From Meyerozyma guilliermondii (taxonomy: Eukaryota), in the NCBI GenBank assembly GCA_051546255.1, contig CP128817.1, forward strand, positions 930,001 through 994,000: a stretch of 64,000 nt of DNA, read 5' to 3'. The notes under the pieces were generated by a model. That model ran no database searches, was not told the origin of the DNA, and saw only the letters and a list, made by a program, of their open reading frames with translations. Both the position numbers and the translations under genes were made by a program. This document shows positions 63,394-64,000 of the stretch, in pieces (the first letter of the stretch is position 1; each line of letters opens with the position of its first letter).

Positions 63394-64000
63394 ATGCTAG
63401 TAAGTGACCCAAAAGCAACTGCTTTTGAGAATACTAACCCAGTTTAAACCGTGGAACGAACTTCCAGCCCCTCGTCACTTTTTGGATGACGAAAGTGATG
63501 AAACGCCTTTAATTCCGGAAGTTTTTGTTGATTTCGATGGCGAACATGTTGCCCATGCTCTCCTAGTTCCAGCAGCGGTATCAATTCTTGCCCAAAAAGC
63601 CCCAGGATCAACCGTGGGAAAAATAAGTATCAAGTACCACGCTTCTGTGCCGAATGCTCCTGAAGATTACGACGAAGATGAACAATTGTATGCGGCGATG
63701 TCCCATTCTCACAATCAAGACAAGTATAAAAGCATTGAAATTCCCATAATTGGTGGAGAATCTTGGGTTTCCGTTACCGTACCACCTTCAGAGAACCCAA
63801 TTGCATACAATGTCTTGGCTCGGGCAATAGTTGAACATATACCTGCCAAATCCTGGATCACTATTGCTCCAGGTTCATTTTACGGTCATACCATTGCCAA
63901 ACTAGAGTCTCAGAAACATGCTTCGGCGAGCGAGGTGCCAGAATTGCAGCCTCCACATTTTGTTACTGGAATAGCTGCAGCTGTCAACCGCTGTACTTCT
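63394..64000 (+). CDS. PBA1: Proteasome assembly chaperone Pba1/PAC1, 3'-truncated; exon 1 63394-63399, 43-nt intron 63400-63442
   Basis: Spliced MLFKPWNELPAPRHFLD... and later LQPPHFVTGIAAAV. Intron GTAAGT...TACTAAC-CCAG. Neighbours YKE2/COQ9 as in S. cerevisiae. Confidence 0.82.

Noticed and set aside
1..64000. tRNA, rRNA, transposon/LTR or CRISPR-like elements
   Set aside because: None recognised by eye. The only rRNA match is the 12-nt snoRNA guide; the repeats seen are intragenic or simple.

Overview
Gene-dense chromosomal window from a budding yeast that almost certainly uses the alternative yeast nuclear code (CUG=Ser). It is Debaryomycetaceae/Meyerozyma-like, but the species is inferred only. 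About 40 protein genes are recognisable, mostly housekeeping: HSL7, CWC25, SUI1, CDS1, SCW11, MIOX, DUR31, FMP42, MID1, RFC3, CUE2, STE20/CST20, FCF1, SIA1, RUP1, ArgRS, SIZ1, RPB7, MRPL23, RPB2, MRP20, ATG40, ISN1, RPS4, CIA30, PNS1, VPS29, NOT2, FAP7, HMX1, UPS1, YKE2, COQ9, PBA1. Six of them have spliceosomal introns missed by the ORF track. Hidden non-ORF elements: (1) a complete TPP riboswitch aptamer in the intron of the DUR31-type transporter; (2) a box C/D snoRNA (snR69-like, 25S rRNA guide) inside a canonical intron of an apparently non-coding transcript antisense to the RFC3 3' end; (3) a decayed BSC6-like MFS transporter pseudogene; (4) a long hairpin in the RPS4 intron. Other notable items are an orphan secreted Cys-rich precursor, a Q/N-rich megasatellite in SIZ1, two frameshifted genes (HSL7, PNS1), dual-start ArgRS and a poor-context eIF1 start codon. 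All family assignments come from recognised motifs and recalled homologues, not from database searches.
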